Assembly: GCA_040954595.2 (NCBI GenBank)
Contig: CM082577.2
Coordinates: 12,433,654 to 12,497,653 of the forward strand
From: Balanoglossus misakiensis
Lineage: Eukaryota > Animalia > Hemichordata
Direction: 5' to 3'
DNA: 64,000 bases
Numbering within the stretch: position 1 is the first letter of the stretch; each line of letters begins with the position of its first letter. Under the pieces are notes generated by a model. That model ran no database searches. It was not told the DNA's origin and saw nothing but the letters and a program-made list of their open reading frames with translations. Positions 1 to 12,529 of this stretch are shown piece by piece. A program made the position numbers and the translations under genes.

Positions 1-270
1 CGCAACATCGGTAATAACGGAGCCTATACCATCAACGAGCAACAGTTCCTCCGATTTTCAACGGGCACAGGTACAGTACAACCTCGGAAACACTGATTTC
101 ATTCAGAAAATGCTTATTATGCAACAAGAATCCATGGCGCAATTCGCTGGCGCCCTTCAAACGATAACATCCAATATGGCGGCCACCGCCAATGGGAACG
201 GCGCAGACGACGCACATGCACGTCGAGCCGAAAAACGTAAGTCGGAAACAAACGAAAGTGAACACACCCC

Positions 271-1160
271 GTGAAAACGAGTAAAACTCGTGCGGAGACT
301 AATGACAATGAGTCAGAAGACATCGATTATGACGATTTATTGCAAACTCGTACGACCGAGAATGACAATGCAAATGATGCAGGTGCAAACGAGGTTGACC
401 AGGATTGCCTGAAAGAACTGAGCGAACTGTACAGTATGACGTGGAGGGTGAACGTGGCCCTCCTCTCAGCGAGCACCTAGCTAAAGTAGCAGACAAGATG
501 CTGAGAAAGAAACTCAATGATGAAAAAGCTAAGAAATTGCTCGAATCATACTAACCCTTGCAACCACAGAATGTGGACAACCTACAGATAGTAAGAGTGA
601 ATGAGCCAATCTGGGCAAAGTTGGACAGACATGCAAAGCTGAGAGACATCAGCATGCAGAACGTGCAGAAATTTCTGCTCAAGGGATTGATACCCCTATT
701 TACCCTGCTGGACAAAATGTCGACGGCTAAGGGTACCACCACTGACAAATCTGCTTCCACAAACATGGACCAAATGCAGAAACTCGTCATTCACGCACTT
801 TCCTTTGTAACACAAGCCAATCACTTGATGAGCCTACGCAGAAGGGAGCTCATCCGGCCTACTTTGGGGCCAGTATTCAAACAACTATGTGGCACATCTA
901 CCCCTGTGACAGACTTCCTCTTCGGTGATGACCTGCCGAAACAGGTTAAAGACCTTATGGAAACAAACAAAATTGGAGACAGAGTACAGCACGCCACCAC
1001 TGCCAACAGACAAGGGCACAGAAACTGGTCCTACTCACAGGGCAGCAGCAACAACAATTACAGTGGCTACAGGAGAGACTACAACTACAAACCACGAGAC
1101 AAGACTTTTTTATACAAGAAAAAGTACACAAAGAAAGGGCAAGGCGAGAAACGCCAGTAG
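271..1160 (+). pseudogene. DIRS gag-like ORF1 (disrupted)
   Basis: ORFs 271-480 and 558-1160 are joined across a frameshift and a stop. Motifs RRRELIRPTL and LFGDDL are typical of DIRS ORF1; it lies upstream of RT. Confidence 0.75.
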
Positions 1161-1325
1161 AACAGCCCGCTCCTGATTTGGAGGTAAGCATTGTGTTGAC
1201 CTACCCTTGTAAGCATACAGAGCATAATTTTCAGGCAGGTCAACTGAAACAGTGTCCCAGCAATTGGAAACGCATCACTAAAGGACCAAAACATATTAAA
1301 TGCTGTCTCGGGCTACAAAATTGAC

Positions 1326-3228
1326 ATGATTCAAAGGCCTGTACAGACTGGTCAGATCAACATTCATCACTTCAACCCATCGGAAACCATCATAGTAAAC
1401 AATGAAATTCAGAAACTAGTTGCCAAAAATGTAGTTGAAGGCACAGATCACACAGCAGGAGAATTTATCTCCCCAATATTTCTCAGGAAAAAGAAAAATG
1501 GCTCTTTCCGACTAATACTGAACTTAAAACAGTTTAATGAGAATGTTGCCTATCACCATTTTAAAATGGAAACCATAAAATCAGCTATTGCCTTGATGAC
1601 TCCAAATTGCTTCATGGCAAGCATCGACCTAAAGGATGCATATTACTCTGTACCAGTTGCACATGAAGACCGAAAATACTTGCGTTTCCTATGGAAGGGA
1701 CAACTGTACCAGTTTACCTGCCTGCCAAATGGCTTAGCATGTGCCCCATATTTACCAAAATCATGAAGCCAGTCTTCTCCACTCTGCGGAAAATGGGACA
1801 TACAAACACTTCATACATAGACGACTCATTTTTGTGCAGTGATTCTTACGAAGAATGCACTGAAAATGTACAGGACACAGTATCATTATTGGATGATCTG
1901 GGAAAATCTGTGTTCATACCCTCTCAAATTATCACCTTTCTTGGGTTTGTCCTGAATTCAATAAATATGACCATATCACTAACCCAGGAAAAAGCCATGA
2001 GAATCAAAACCTTGGCAAGAAATATACTTGCAGAGCACAGTAAACACCACTGTGTAACAATAAGAACACTGGCAGAACTGATTGGGTGTATGGTAGCCTC
2101 ATTCCCAGGAGTCATGCATGGTCCACTATTGTATAGAATGTTGGACATTGAAAGGACTAATGCGCTCAAAACAGCTAAAAGCAACTATGATGCCAAAATG
2201 CAAATTTCTCAATCAGCCCAACATGATATCAGTTGGTGGGTACAAAACATTGAATCAATTTACAATGTGGTATCCCATGGCAACCCTTGAAATCAGATGC
2301 TAGCAAAAAGGGGTGGGGAGGGGTGATGGGAAACCATTCCACAGGTGGTGAATGGTCAGAGATAGAAGCATCAGATCACATTAATCACCTGGAAATGAAA
2401 GCAGCTTTCTTCACACTGAAAGCTTTTTGCACAGATATGAAAAAATTGCATATCTTATTACTCATTGACAAAACTACAGCTGTATGTTATGTCAACAACA
2501 TGGGAGGCAGAAAACCCTGTTGCAACACAATAGCCAGAGAAATATGGAATTGGGCCATAACACGCAACATATGGCTTAGCTCAACACACATACCTGGGGT
2601 GTGTAATACAGAAGCAGACTACCACTCACGTCATCACAATAGAGACACAGAGTGGATATGTTAAACAAACATTTTGTGCATCAAATAGCCCAAAAATTTG
2701 GGGAACCAGAAATTGATCTATTTGCCTCCAGGTTGAATTACCAGTTCAACAAATATGCATCATGGCAACCTGACCCACTTGCACTTGCAGTTGATGCATT
2801 TAGCTTAGATTGATCTAAATGGTATTTTTTATGCATTCCCTCCTTTCAGTGTACTCCCGAGAACAATACAGAAAATACAACTGGAAAAAGCGAGGGGAAT
2901 TCTGATAGTGCCATTTTGGACCACTCAACCATGGTTTTCCACCATGACGAAGTGCCTGATTGCAGACCCTGTCCTCCTACCAAAAGGAAACTCACTACTG
3001 ACTCTACCCCAGGACAAGTCAGCGAAACACCCATTGTCAAAGAAACTAAAACTTCTGGCCTGCCTCTTGTCAGGCAATCCCTCAGAAGCAGAGGACTATC
3101 AAAGGCAGTTACAGAAGTCATCCTTCAGTCCTGGAGACCAGGGACAAAAGGACAATACAACTCCTATTTGGAACGATGGAAAGACTTTTGTAGTGAGAGG
3201 AAAATTAATACACATAAACCAACTGTAG
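1326..3228 (+). pseudogene. DIRS pol: reverse transcriptase, RNase H and C-terminal adenine-methyltransferase-like domain (frameshifted)
   Basis: RT motifs FRLILNLK, IDLKDAY, LPNGL, YIDD; RNase H motifs DASKKGWG and HINHLE; MTase-like IDLFASRLN (~2712) and YAFPPF (~2830), then PFWTTQPWF. Several frameshifts and stops. Confidence 0.9.
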
Positions 3229-3320
3229 CTGCAGCTCTGGATTTCCTAGCAATGTTATACAAATCAGGGCTGGGCTATAGTGCTATCAATACTGCCAGAT
3301 CAGCTTTGTCATCTCTTATT
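2916..3320 (+). pseudogene. DIRS tyrosine recombinase, N-terminal part
   Basis: SWRPGTKGQYNSYLERW...GLGYSAINTARSALSSLI, cut by the hAT TIR at 3321. Confidence 0.88.
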
Positions 3321-6300
3321 CAGTGTTCGAAATTCGTGGAAAATATCAACCAGTCACCAGGACTGGCAACTTCAAAAAGTTGCCAGTCCTGCCCAAAACT
3401 TACCAGTCCTGATATTATGCATAACAATTAAACATAATCAAATGAAGATTGGACGGAATCATCTTTCACTTTCAGTAACTTTATTTTTAAACAAACGTCA
3501 ACTTCACAGTACATACTGTACAACACCTTTGTAAGTACTTTACAATGCAAACTGCATGGATGGACTGAATAAAGTCATATATCTGATAGTCACAAGTCTG
3601 AGGAAACCAGGTAAAGTCAGTCCTGGTAATGATGTACACAGTTTTTTGCATGCTAAACATCTGACAGATCATCATCTGTCTCTAGCAGATCTGAGAAGTC
3701 AGAGTCATAGTCTGAGTCTGGGCTGTATGCTTCTCCAGATCTGTTGTGGTCATCTACTGGTACCGGTAACACATCAGCTGCTGAATGGGCATGAAGCTCA
3801 CCAATCACTTGTGCTGGATCTCCAGTCCTAACGCGACTGTTTTCAATAAAGCTTGGCCTTCTCTTTGCATGCTGGTTCCAGTGATGGATTGCAGAAGTAG
3901 GGTCAAACTCACTGATGTCTGGTGATAGGAGTTGAATAGTCATCAGTAGGGTCATTGATGAACTCTTCAACTTTGTTTCTGTATTGGGTTTTAATTATCT
4001 TCATGAGCGAAAATCCCCTCTCACACTCACAGGTGCCAGCTGGTAGGGACAGTATCAAATCCACAACTTCAAGAAAGTTTGGGCACTTGTTGTAGTACAA
4101 CTCATTTACCAGTTTCCATGACATACTGTGCACCTTGTGGCTGAAAAGAAAAAAAATCAGTCAGGAATGAATTAATGACTGATACACCATGTATGTTAAT
4201 ATTCCATCCCAGACACTCAGAACTTTATAAGAAACATCTTTTTACAGCCACTGAATCAAAATAATCATTTTTCAGGTTATCATCCAGTGTAGTACCCTGC
4301 TCTAATATCCTACTTTTCACCCTCAATTAATGCCTTGAACATGAACAATTGTCTTTTAACAAATAAAATGTACAAAACTTACTTATTGTATAGATCTTGC
4401 TTCAACAAAGTCCATTCAGCTTCAACAATGCCAACATTCACCCCATTCTGTTCAAGATTGTCCCTGTAGTGGTCCACAATCGTTGCAAGGTACTCATCCC
4501 CAAAATCTATAAAGCATAAACATGATTCAAATAAAATAAATGTGCCATTTCTAACATTTTGCTACAAAACCAATTGTCTCAAATTATTACAGGTACTAGT
4601 TATAATACACATTGTATCATTAACAACACAGAGTGACACAGTACACACAGACAGTTAGTCATAACTATTTTTTGTTAATCCTAACCATTGCAATCCTCCA
4701 GACTGGCAGGCCATGCGTGCAAATCAGCTAGCTTAGTAGCACACAGAACACCTTCATCAATATCACTGAAGCGCCTATCCATAGTTTCCACCAATGCTGT
4801 CAACAGTTTGGGCATCTGAGCACTATGTTGAGTAGTATCTCCTGTCAGCTTTTCTCCTAGAAATGACCCATCAGACCTTTGTACTTTTCTCAATTCTGGG
4901 CCAGGCCTGAAAATGAAAGATAAGCCACCACCACTAATCAGCTTAAGCAGATACAACTACAAGCACCAAATTAGCTAAAGAACATGCCTATTTATTATTT
5001 AATAGCATAGGACTTAGTTACCGATACTTACATTGTCAGAAATTTTCTGATGTTTGAGATTGTGGCCAGAAGTTGTTGATGAACCTCATACAAGCAGGTT
5101 TCCCGCTTTTGAAGAGCTTTAGAAAACTGTGCCAGCACTGCCACTACATCTGTCAGGAAATGAGCAAATGTGATCACATCCTTTGACCTCAGTAATTTCA
5201 GCAGGTATATGGCCTTGGGCTGTATAGCTGACTGCCCTCGAGTAACAGATACCTAAAACAAAACACATCACACAAGTTAATCCTATTTACACTATGTACA
5301 AACTTGGCAATTCATTATAAAAAATAAGATATTGATAACATTTGTTACCTGACTGAGATGCTTCACAATGGCTGTGTATCCCTTCCAAATGTTGTTGAGA
5401 GCTGTCAGTGTATGACCAAGCCAGCGTGTTCCGCCCACTCGAGTTGGAGTACATGGTGTGATGTTTAGTGCTTCAAATGAAGACTTCAACCCAGCACTCT
5501 GTTTAGCACTTTTGTGGTAGAACTTGAACAATTCATCCATCAGGCTGTATACCTTTGAATACAGAGGTGCCTTCTTCATGGCATCTTTAAAGGCAAGTTC
5601 AACTCTGTGAGACAAACACTGTACCATGACAATTGCAGGACTAATCCGGTTTCTCATATGCGCAATGACACCATTGATTTTTCCAGTATTCACAGATGCT
5701 CCATCACCAGCAAACCCCACAACTTTTTTCTGGATTTCTGTTTTTCCCAAGTTTTGGAAGTTCAGTGCTTTCATTAAGGCACTATAAATGCTCTGTGCAT
5801 TTGCAACCTCACAGGCAATAAGCCCTAGAAAGTAGCAGTGGGGTATGCCACGTCTGGCAAAGTGTACATACACAATTTCATTTTCCACGACTGACACGTC
5901 AGTTGAGCCGTCCGACAGCAAACTGCAGTAACGTGCCTGAGAAAGTTCACTTTCAATTTTGGACCGTTCGATTTCTGATATGGCAATCAGAAATTGTTGG
6001 GCACTTTTGTCGTTATGATATGTATGACCAATATCCACGCCTTTCAATTGATCGAGTGTGCACTGCCATTTGAAGTCGCTGATAGGTCGAGATTTCTTTG
6101 CCAAAGCATGGGCATTTCTGAAAAGCTTAGAAAGCTTCTCAAATGTTGCCGTGTTCATCGACTGAAGTGTCCTTTCCGCTATCGAATCGCCCGGGGGAGC
6201 CGCTTTTGCATCCAGGTACTGCTTGGCATATTTATGCCCCTCTGACGTTTCGTGAGTTTTCAGAGCTTCGTGTCGGAGGTTTGTTGAGCCTTTAACGAAA

Positions 6301-6979
6301 GCACCATACGCGTATTTTTTGTATTTATCAACGGGTTGGTTTTTCTTTGCTATGGGCACGTACACAGCTCTGCATAATTTGCAATACAATTTTTGCTCGC
6401 TCGCAATGTCGTCCGTTACCAACCAATCTTTGAATTCAATTTTCCATGATTGGACAATTGTCCTCTTACGTTTCGTGGCATCGTACACCCTTTTTGCATG
6501 TAAGGCGTCCTCTGGCGTCTTCCGTTTGGCTGGGAGAGTTGGCAGGCCCAGAAAAGTCCGCAGCATAATTCCAGAAAATCACGGTGCACGCTCGCGGTAT
6601 TGCCGTGTTATATTGGAGAATCTCAGAATGGCGTGGTTACTTTGAAGTTCATACATCAAGTACTTTGATTAGTTAATTTTCAAGGTTATACGTCATTCTG
6701 TCCAATCAGATTGTTTCTTTTATTTGCAATTAATCAATTTAATTAATGAACAGAGGATGATCTAAAAAATATCGTTGGCAGCGCTATCCGGGACAGTTAG
6801 GGTCGCGACATCGGGTCGCGATGAGGTCACGTACGTCTATGATATTGATCGATACCGCAAACAAGTCAACTCCACGCTAAATTCAACCTGTCCGCCGGAC
6901 TGGTAACTTTTTTTTTCTACCAGTCTGGTGGAAAAACAACCAGTCTCGGACTGTCGGACAGGCGTTATTTCGAACACTG
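3321..6979 (-). mobile_element. hAT-superfamily DNA transposon, near-complete
   Basis: 13-bp TIRs CAGTGTTCGAAAT / ATTTCGAACACTG; 7-bp flanking duplication TCTTATT (3314-3320, 6980-6986); subterminal ACCAGTC repeats; internal transposase. Confidence 0.93.
3653..6566 (-). pseudogene. hAT transposase (ZNF862-like), 5 exons: 6566-5349, 5252-5032, 4906-4686, 4506-4383, 4140-3653; one frameshift near 3972
   Basis: LYCKLC zinc finger, DGSTD, DGASVN, CLSHRVELA, TRW, and C-terminal dimerisation motif LSLPAGTCECERGFS; GT-AG introns read on the minus strand. Confidence 0.85.
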
Positions 6980-6986
6980 TCTTATT

Positions 6987-7147
6987 ACACTGTCAGACTA
7001 CAACTCAAACTTTGGATCTCATCCACTTGTCACTCAATTCATGAAAGGTGTTTTCAATGACAGGCCATCACTGCCGAGATACAAGGTGACATGGGATGTT
7101 GGCATTGTACTTAGACTCCTCCGCCAGTGGTCACCGGTCAAGACTCT
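6987..7147 (+). pseudogene. DIRS tyrosine recombinase, middle part
   Basis: Manual translation TLSDYNSNFGSHPLVTQFMKGVFNDRPSLPRYKVTWDVGIVLRLLRQWSPVKT; in frame with both neighbouring YR pieces once the insertions are removed. Confidence 0.88.
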
Positions 7148-10100
7148 TGAACAGTCCTACCTCGTGTGAGGCAAGTAGATGGCCCAGATTAAACTACACA
7201 ACACACTGATTCAACACTTGTGTCGCCATGTTGATCTCCTCAACATCTGACCTTATTTATTCTACTTCCGGGTCAAGGTCATACAAGGGATTGCCTGGTT
7301 AACATTCAGTGCTTTCCGGCCTAAAACACTACATCCCTCCCTTTTTTCAGAAAACATGTTTCAACACACAGAGTTCATGTCCATGCTTTTCTCAGCAACG
7401 TCTAATGTCCTTCTGGTTCATCTCCAAGGAACAACACAGTTTTTTCTCAACGAATCAAATCAGTTTAACGCAAACACAAACTCTGAATGAACAACAGCTT
7501 TGAAAACTCCCTACAGCTAACTTTGGGCAAGGGGTGGACTACCCTTCAAAAACCCACGCTGGCAAACTTGGGATTTATTCTTACCCATTTTCAGTTTGGC
7601 CAGTCCTAGCTAACTCGGTTTCGTAATCATCCAAGTACTTTGGTGGACGAATTACGCGTTGCGGTCGAGAAGGTGGTTCAGGTATGACTGACTCCCGCAG
7701 CTCAGCTTTGGTTTCACCTTCGGTTCTCTCCGCAGGTTGATCATCTGGATTCTCCAACATCTCGCCTGGATCATACAGCTTCCTTATGAGCGATGAGTTC
7801 CGTTTGTACCTCGCTCCAGTCGGTGACTGTAAGGTTACCTGACTTCCATACCTGTCTATCACTTTGTATGGCGTCTCTTCATACCGAGTAGACAGCTTGT
7901 TCATCTGCCGTTGCCGTAGTAAGACTGTGTCACCTGTCTGCACATTACTGTCACGCGCATTTCGACGGTGATCCGCGTAGTCTTTGACTTTCTGTTTCAT
8001 TTCTCTATCTCTATCTCTGACTGCTATGTCATCTTCTCTCTTCGCTGTTTACACGAACTCCGGTAGCTTGGTTCGAATCTTTCGACGAAACAACAGCTCC
8101 GCCGGTGCAACTCCTGTTGTCGAGTGGGGAGTTGTCCGGTACGCCAGGAGGAATTTGTTCAGCTCTTTCTTCCAATCCTGTTTCTGCGCTTGGGCAATCT
8201 TCATGTTCTTCAAGAGCGTGGAGTTTTGCCTCTCCACTTCTCCATTTGCTTGCGGCCACAGTGGAGTCGTACGACGATGCACTATGCCATGTTCCTGTAG
8301 ATAGTCATCGAACTCTTGTGACACAAACTGCGGTCCGTTATCAGCTTTAACAGACAATGGTTATCCATGAGTGACAAATCTGTTGTCTAGGGCTTCAATT
8401 ATTTTCTCACTCGTTACTGTTTTCATGACATCCACCTCGATAAACCGGCTATAATAGTCAACTGTAACAAGTAGATACTCGCCTGAAGGCAGGGGACCTA
8501 GTAGATCTGTAGCAACATCCTCCCATGGATTCTGGGGTAACGGTGTTGATTTCACCGGCTCTGGATCAGACGGCTGGCTGACTAGCTGGCATCCGAAACA
8601 TGCTCTGCATTTCTGTTCAGCGTCGCGATCCATTCCTGGCCACCAGACTTTTGTGCGTAGCCTCATTTTTTTCTTTACAATGCCCTGGTGTCCTTCGTGA
8701 GCCAAGTCGATCACTCGTGCTCTATATTTCCGTGGCATTACTATTCGCGTGCCTCTCAACAGCACTCTGCCTATGACGGCTAGTTCGCTTCTAACAGCTT
8801 TGTATCCTGCTGGACAATCATGCCAATCATCCGTTTGCAGACATTTCCTGACTGCGCGTAGCTCATCATCCTTTGACGATTCTTGCTCAATGTCCCGTAT
8901 TGGCAGTGCACTTGGTGCTGCGTGTTCTGCGACGAACCGGATATATTCCTCAGCCTCGTTTCGCCTTGGGCTCTCATCAGCTCGGTGGCTTATCAAACGT
9001 GAGAGTGAGTCAGCAATGTTCAGCGATCCTGGTATATACTTCACTGCAAACTCATATGGCTGTAGGCGTAGTACCCAGCGTTCAATACGCGCCGATGGCT
9101 TCGAACGCTTCGAGTAGATGTACGTCAGCGGCTTATGGTCAGTAAGCAGCTCGAATTTCATCCCGTATAGGTATACGTGAAAACGCTCACACGCCCAGAC
9201 GAGCGCTAGGGCTTCCTTTTCTGTCTGTGAGTAACGACGTTCAACGCTGGTGAGGCTTCTGCTTGCATAGCTAATAGCGCGTCTCTCGCCGTTCTGTTTC
9301 TGGATCAATACTGCTCTGAGACCAACCGGGCTTGCGTCCGCAATGACCTGTGTCTCTGCATTCTTGTCGAAGTAGGCTAGTGTGTCAGCTTCAGCTAATG
9401 CCTGCTTCAAACGACTAAACGCCTCCTTTTGTTTCGCATCCCACACAAACTTCGTGTTCTGGCGAGTAAGTTCTCTGAGTGGCTCTGCAGTAGTTGCTAA
9501 GTCTGGTATGTATCTCGCTGAGAAATTTACTAACCCCAGGAAGCTTCTCACTTCCGCTGCATTTTCGGGTTCTCGGGCTTGTATCACTGCCTTGACGTTT
9601 TCCTTGGTCGGGCCAATTCCTCTCTTTGACAGCATATGCCCCATAAAGGTGAGATGATCCATACCGAACACACATTTTCCTCTGTTCAGGGTCAAACCCT
9701 TCTCCTGCAGTCACTTCATCGTCTTCATTAGTCTTTCATCGTGATTTTCGTCACTTCCGTGTACTATTATGTCATCTGAAATATTCTCAGCTCCCTCGCA
9801 GTCTGAGATTACTTGTTGAATGATGTGCTGGTAAAGCTCAGGTGCAGAGCTGATACCGAACATTAGCCGTTTATACCGGAACAGTCCTTTGTGTGTCACG
9901 AACGTTGTGATACCCCTTGAACTTTCTGACAGCTCTATTTGGTGGTATCCCCACCGCAAGTCCAATTTACTGAACTTCGTGCTCACGTTCATATTCTGCA
10001 ACACCTCATCGACTGTGGGTATCGGGTGACGTTCTCTGATCACGGCAGCGTTAGCGGCTCTCATGTCCACACATAACCGAATGTCACCTGACGGCTTTGG

Positions 10101-11772
10101 TATAATTACCACAGGGCTGACCCACGGGGTTGGGCCCTCGACTTTTTCTATCACATCCAGCTTCATGAGCTCACCCAATTTGGCTTCCAGCTTCGGCCTC
10201 ATACTATATGGAACACATCTCGGGTTTTGCGCCACTGGCGGTACTGAAGGGTCGACATGTATTTCGGCCTGGAAACATCTCTGAAACTTGTCAAAAATGT
10301 CCGCGGATTCAACCACATTAGCTTGTAATCCAACCTTCAGCACACCTAGTTGTTCTGCGCTGCGGCGACCTAGCAAGGATCTACCACTCGGGCTTTTGAT
10401 GACGTACGTAGACTTCAATCTCGGCCTTTTTATCAGACAGTAGTGCTTCCGCCTAAAATTTGCCCAGTAGTTCCAATGGTTTGTCCGCCCCATACGAATA
10501 TAACTTCTTTGAGGTCAGCTCAGTTTTGCACTTTATGCCTTGGGACTTCAATGACTCCCACACGGATCTGTTGATAATATTACACGTGGCTCCTGAGTCG
10601 ATCAGCATGTTCTTTATCGTAGCGCCACCTACGTTCACATCGACCACGTCACCACTGCTTCTATCATCAACTATGAAAATGCACTCATCATCACCTGTGA
10701 CTTCATTGACAGTTGGCTTTGCCTCCCTGTCCATTTTGTATTTCGTACTCATGGTACTGGTACTCGTTTTGCAAACACTAGCATAATGTCCGACGCTTTG
10801 ACATTTGGTGCATGTCGCCTTTCTCGCAGGACAGTCTTTGTCTCTCGCGAAATGGCCTTCACGGTTACAGCAGTAACAGGCTCCTTTCTTCTTACCTGCT
10901 GCTGCCTTTTTCGCTTTTGTGTAAACCCTGTTTACAACCTGTGGAGTAACTGCGCCCTCCATTTTCCGAATTTGGACGTCTACTGCCTCCATTGACCGTG
11001 CGATTTCCTGCATGCCTTAATCTACTGTTAACGTCGCCCCTTTTTCCAGTAGCTTACGACGCAACGAACTTGACTTGCATTTATCGATCACCTGATCGCA
11101 TATCTGATCGTTCAAGTCTTTGAAGTTACAATTTTTTCGTTGAAGTTTCAGTTGTGCCACATACTGGTCGACCGTCTCCGTGTCCTCCTGTTTTAGTTGG
11201 CGGAAAATATGCCGCTCGTACGACACGTTCAGCTTCGGGGCAAAATACGCGTCGAGTATTCTCAGAGCTTTCTCATATTCGCCAGCTGTATCGGCCTGGC
11301 CTTACGGCAACGTACCTGGACCGGGATCTTCAAGCGTCTCGAAAACGTCCTGGATATCCAATCCAGCGCTGTGTAAGAGCAGGGCTTTCTTTTGGGCATC
11401 GTCCTTGATCCCCTTCCCTACCACATAAAAATCGAACGATATTCGCCATCTCTTCCAACGTGGTGCCAGGCTGCTTGGGTCGCTTTTGCAATCAAATGCC
11501 GCAATCCCACCTAATTCAATATTCCCAGCCATTTCCAGCTTCACCGATGGAAGGATTACTACTTTTAGTTCATCCTCGTCGCCAGTTGAACAGTCCTACC
11601 TCGTGTGAGGCAAGTAGATGGCCCAGATTAAACTACACAACACACTGATTCAACACTTGTGTCGCCATTTTGATCTCCTCAACATCTGACCTTATTTATT
11701 CTACTTCCGGGTCAAGGTCATACAAGGGATTGCCTGGTTAACATTCAGTGCTTTCCGGCCTAAAACACTACA
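7148..11772 (-). mobile_element. Gypsy (Mag-like) LTR retrotransposon, full length, coding region disabled
   Basis: 186-bp LTRs 7148-7333 and 11587-11772 (TG...CA, 1 mismatch); 5-bp TSD ACTCT; PBS TGGCGACGAGGATG at 11571-11584 (matches the tRNA-Ser(GCU) 3' end as recalled); PPT next to 7334. Confidence 0.96.
7581..11544 (-). pseudogene. Gypsy gag-pol polyprotein (gag with zinc knuckles, protease, RT, RNase H, integrase)
   Basis: LIDSGATC protease, RT with NISDDII, ADASPVGL RNase H, AHEGHQG...C..C and DNGPQF integrase; six in-frame stops and one frameshift. Confidence 0.93.
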
Positions 11773-11777
11773 ACTCT

Positions 11778-12348
11778 GTCCCTTAAAATCTTGACTCTGA
11801 AATTGGTGACCCTAGTTGCACTTTTATCGACTCAGCGAGCCCAGACTATACACCTTATAGACATTAGGAATATTGTCAAGACAAAACAAGGGATCATCAT
11901 TAAAATAGGAGACCTGGTCAAGCAATCAGCTCCTAATAGGCACATTAAACCACTAGAATTACCTGCTTACCCTCCAGATAGGAGACTTTGTGTACTTACC
12001 GTTCTAAAAGAGTATATCACTTGTACGAAGCCATTGAGAGACAAAGAAACTGCATTGTTTATCAGTTATGTTGGAAAACATTTTCCTGTTGGAAAATCCA
12101 CTATTTCTAGGTGGATCAAATACACACTTGGTATTGCTGGTTTAGATTTAACTGTTTTCAAGGCACACAGTGTTCGTGCTGCCAGTTCCAGTGCATTGAA
12201 AGATGTGTTACCAGTTGAAAGAATTCTTTCCTCTGTTGGCTGGGCTAACGAAAAGACTTTTGCCAAATTTTACAAAAAGCCCATTGTTCCTGTTGGCGAA
12301 CTTGGCCGTAAGATTTTAAACAATTCTTTCCTCTGTTGGCTGGGCTAA
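11778..12348 (+). pseudogene. DIRS tyrosine recombinase, catalytic C-terminal part
   Basis: STQR, HSVRAASSS and GW...TFAKFY match the YR catalytic R / HxxR / W / Y pattern. Confidence 0.92.
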
Positions 12349-12421
12349 CGAAAAGACTTTTGCCAAATTTTACAAACAGCCCATTGTTCCTGTTGGCGAA
12401 CTTGGCCGTAAGATTTTAAAC
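12222..12421 (+). repeat. 100-bp tandem duplication at the end of the YR ORF
   Basis: 12222-12321 is repeated at 12322-12421 with one substitution. Confidence 0.92.
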
Positions 12422-12529
12422 ACGACCAAACAGAATTAAAATTCGTGTTCATGGAAATTGTAAATATGTGTGGACCACATTTTTATTGTGTGTGTGTGTA
12501 TGCATTAGCTCGAGAACACACTCTAAACA

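Noticed and set aside
7984-11648. Plus-strand ORFs overlapping the first Gypsy
   Set aside because: Antisense shadows of gag-pol with no independent motifs.
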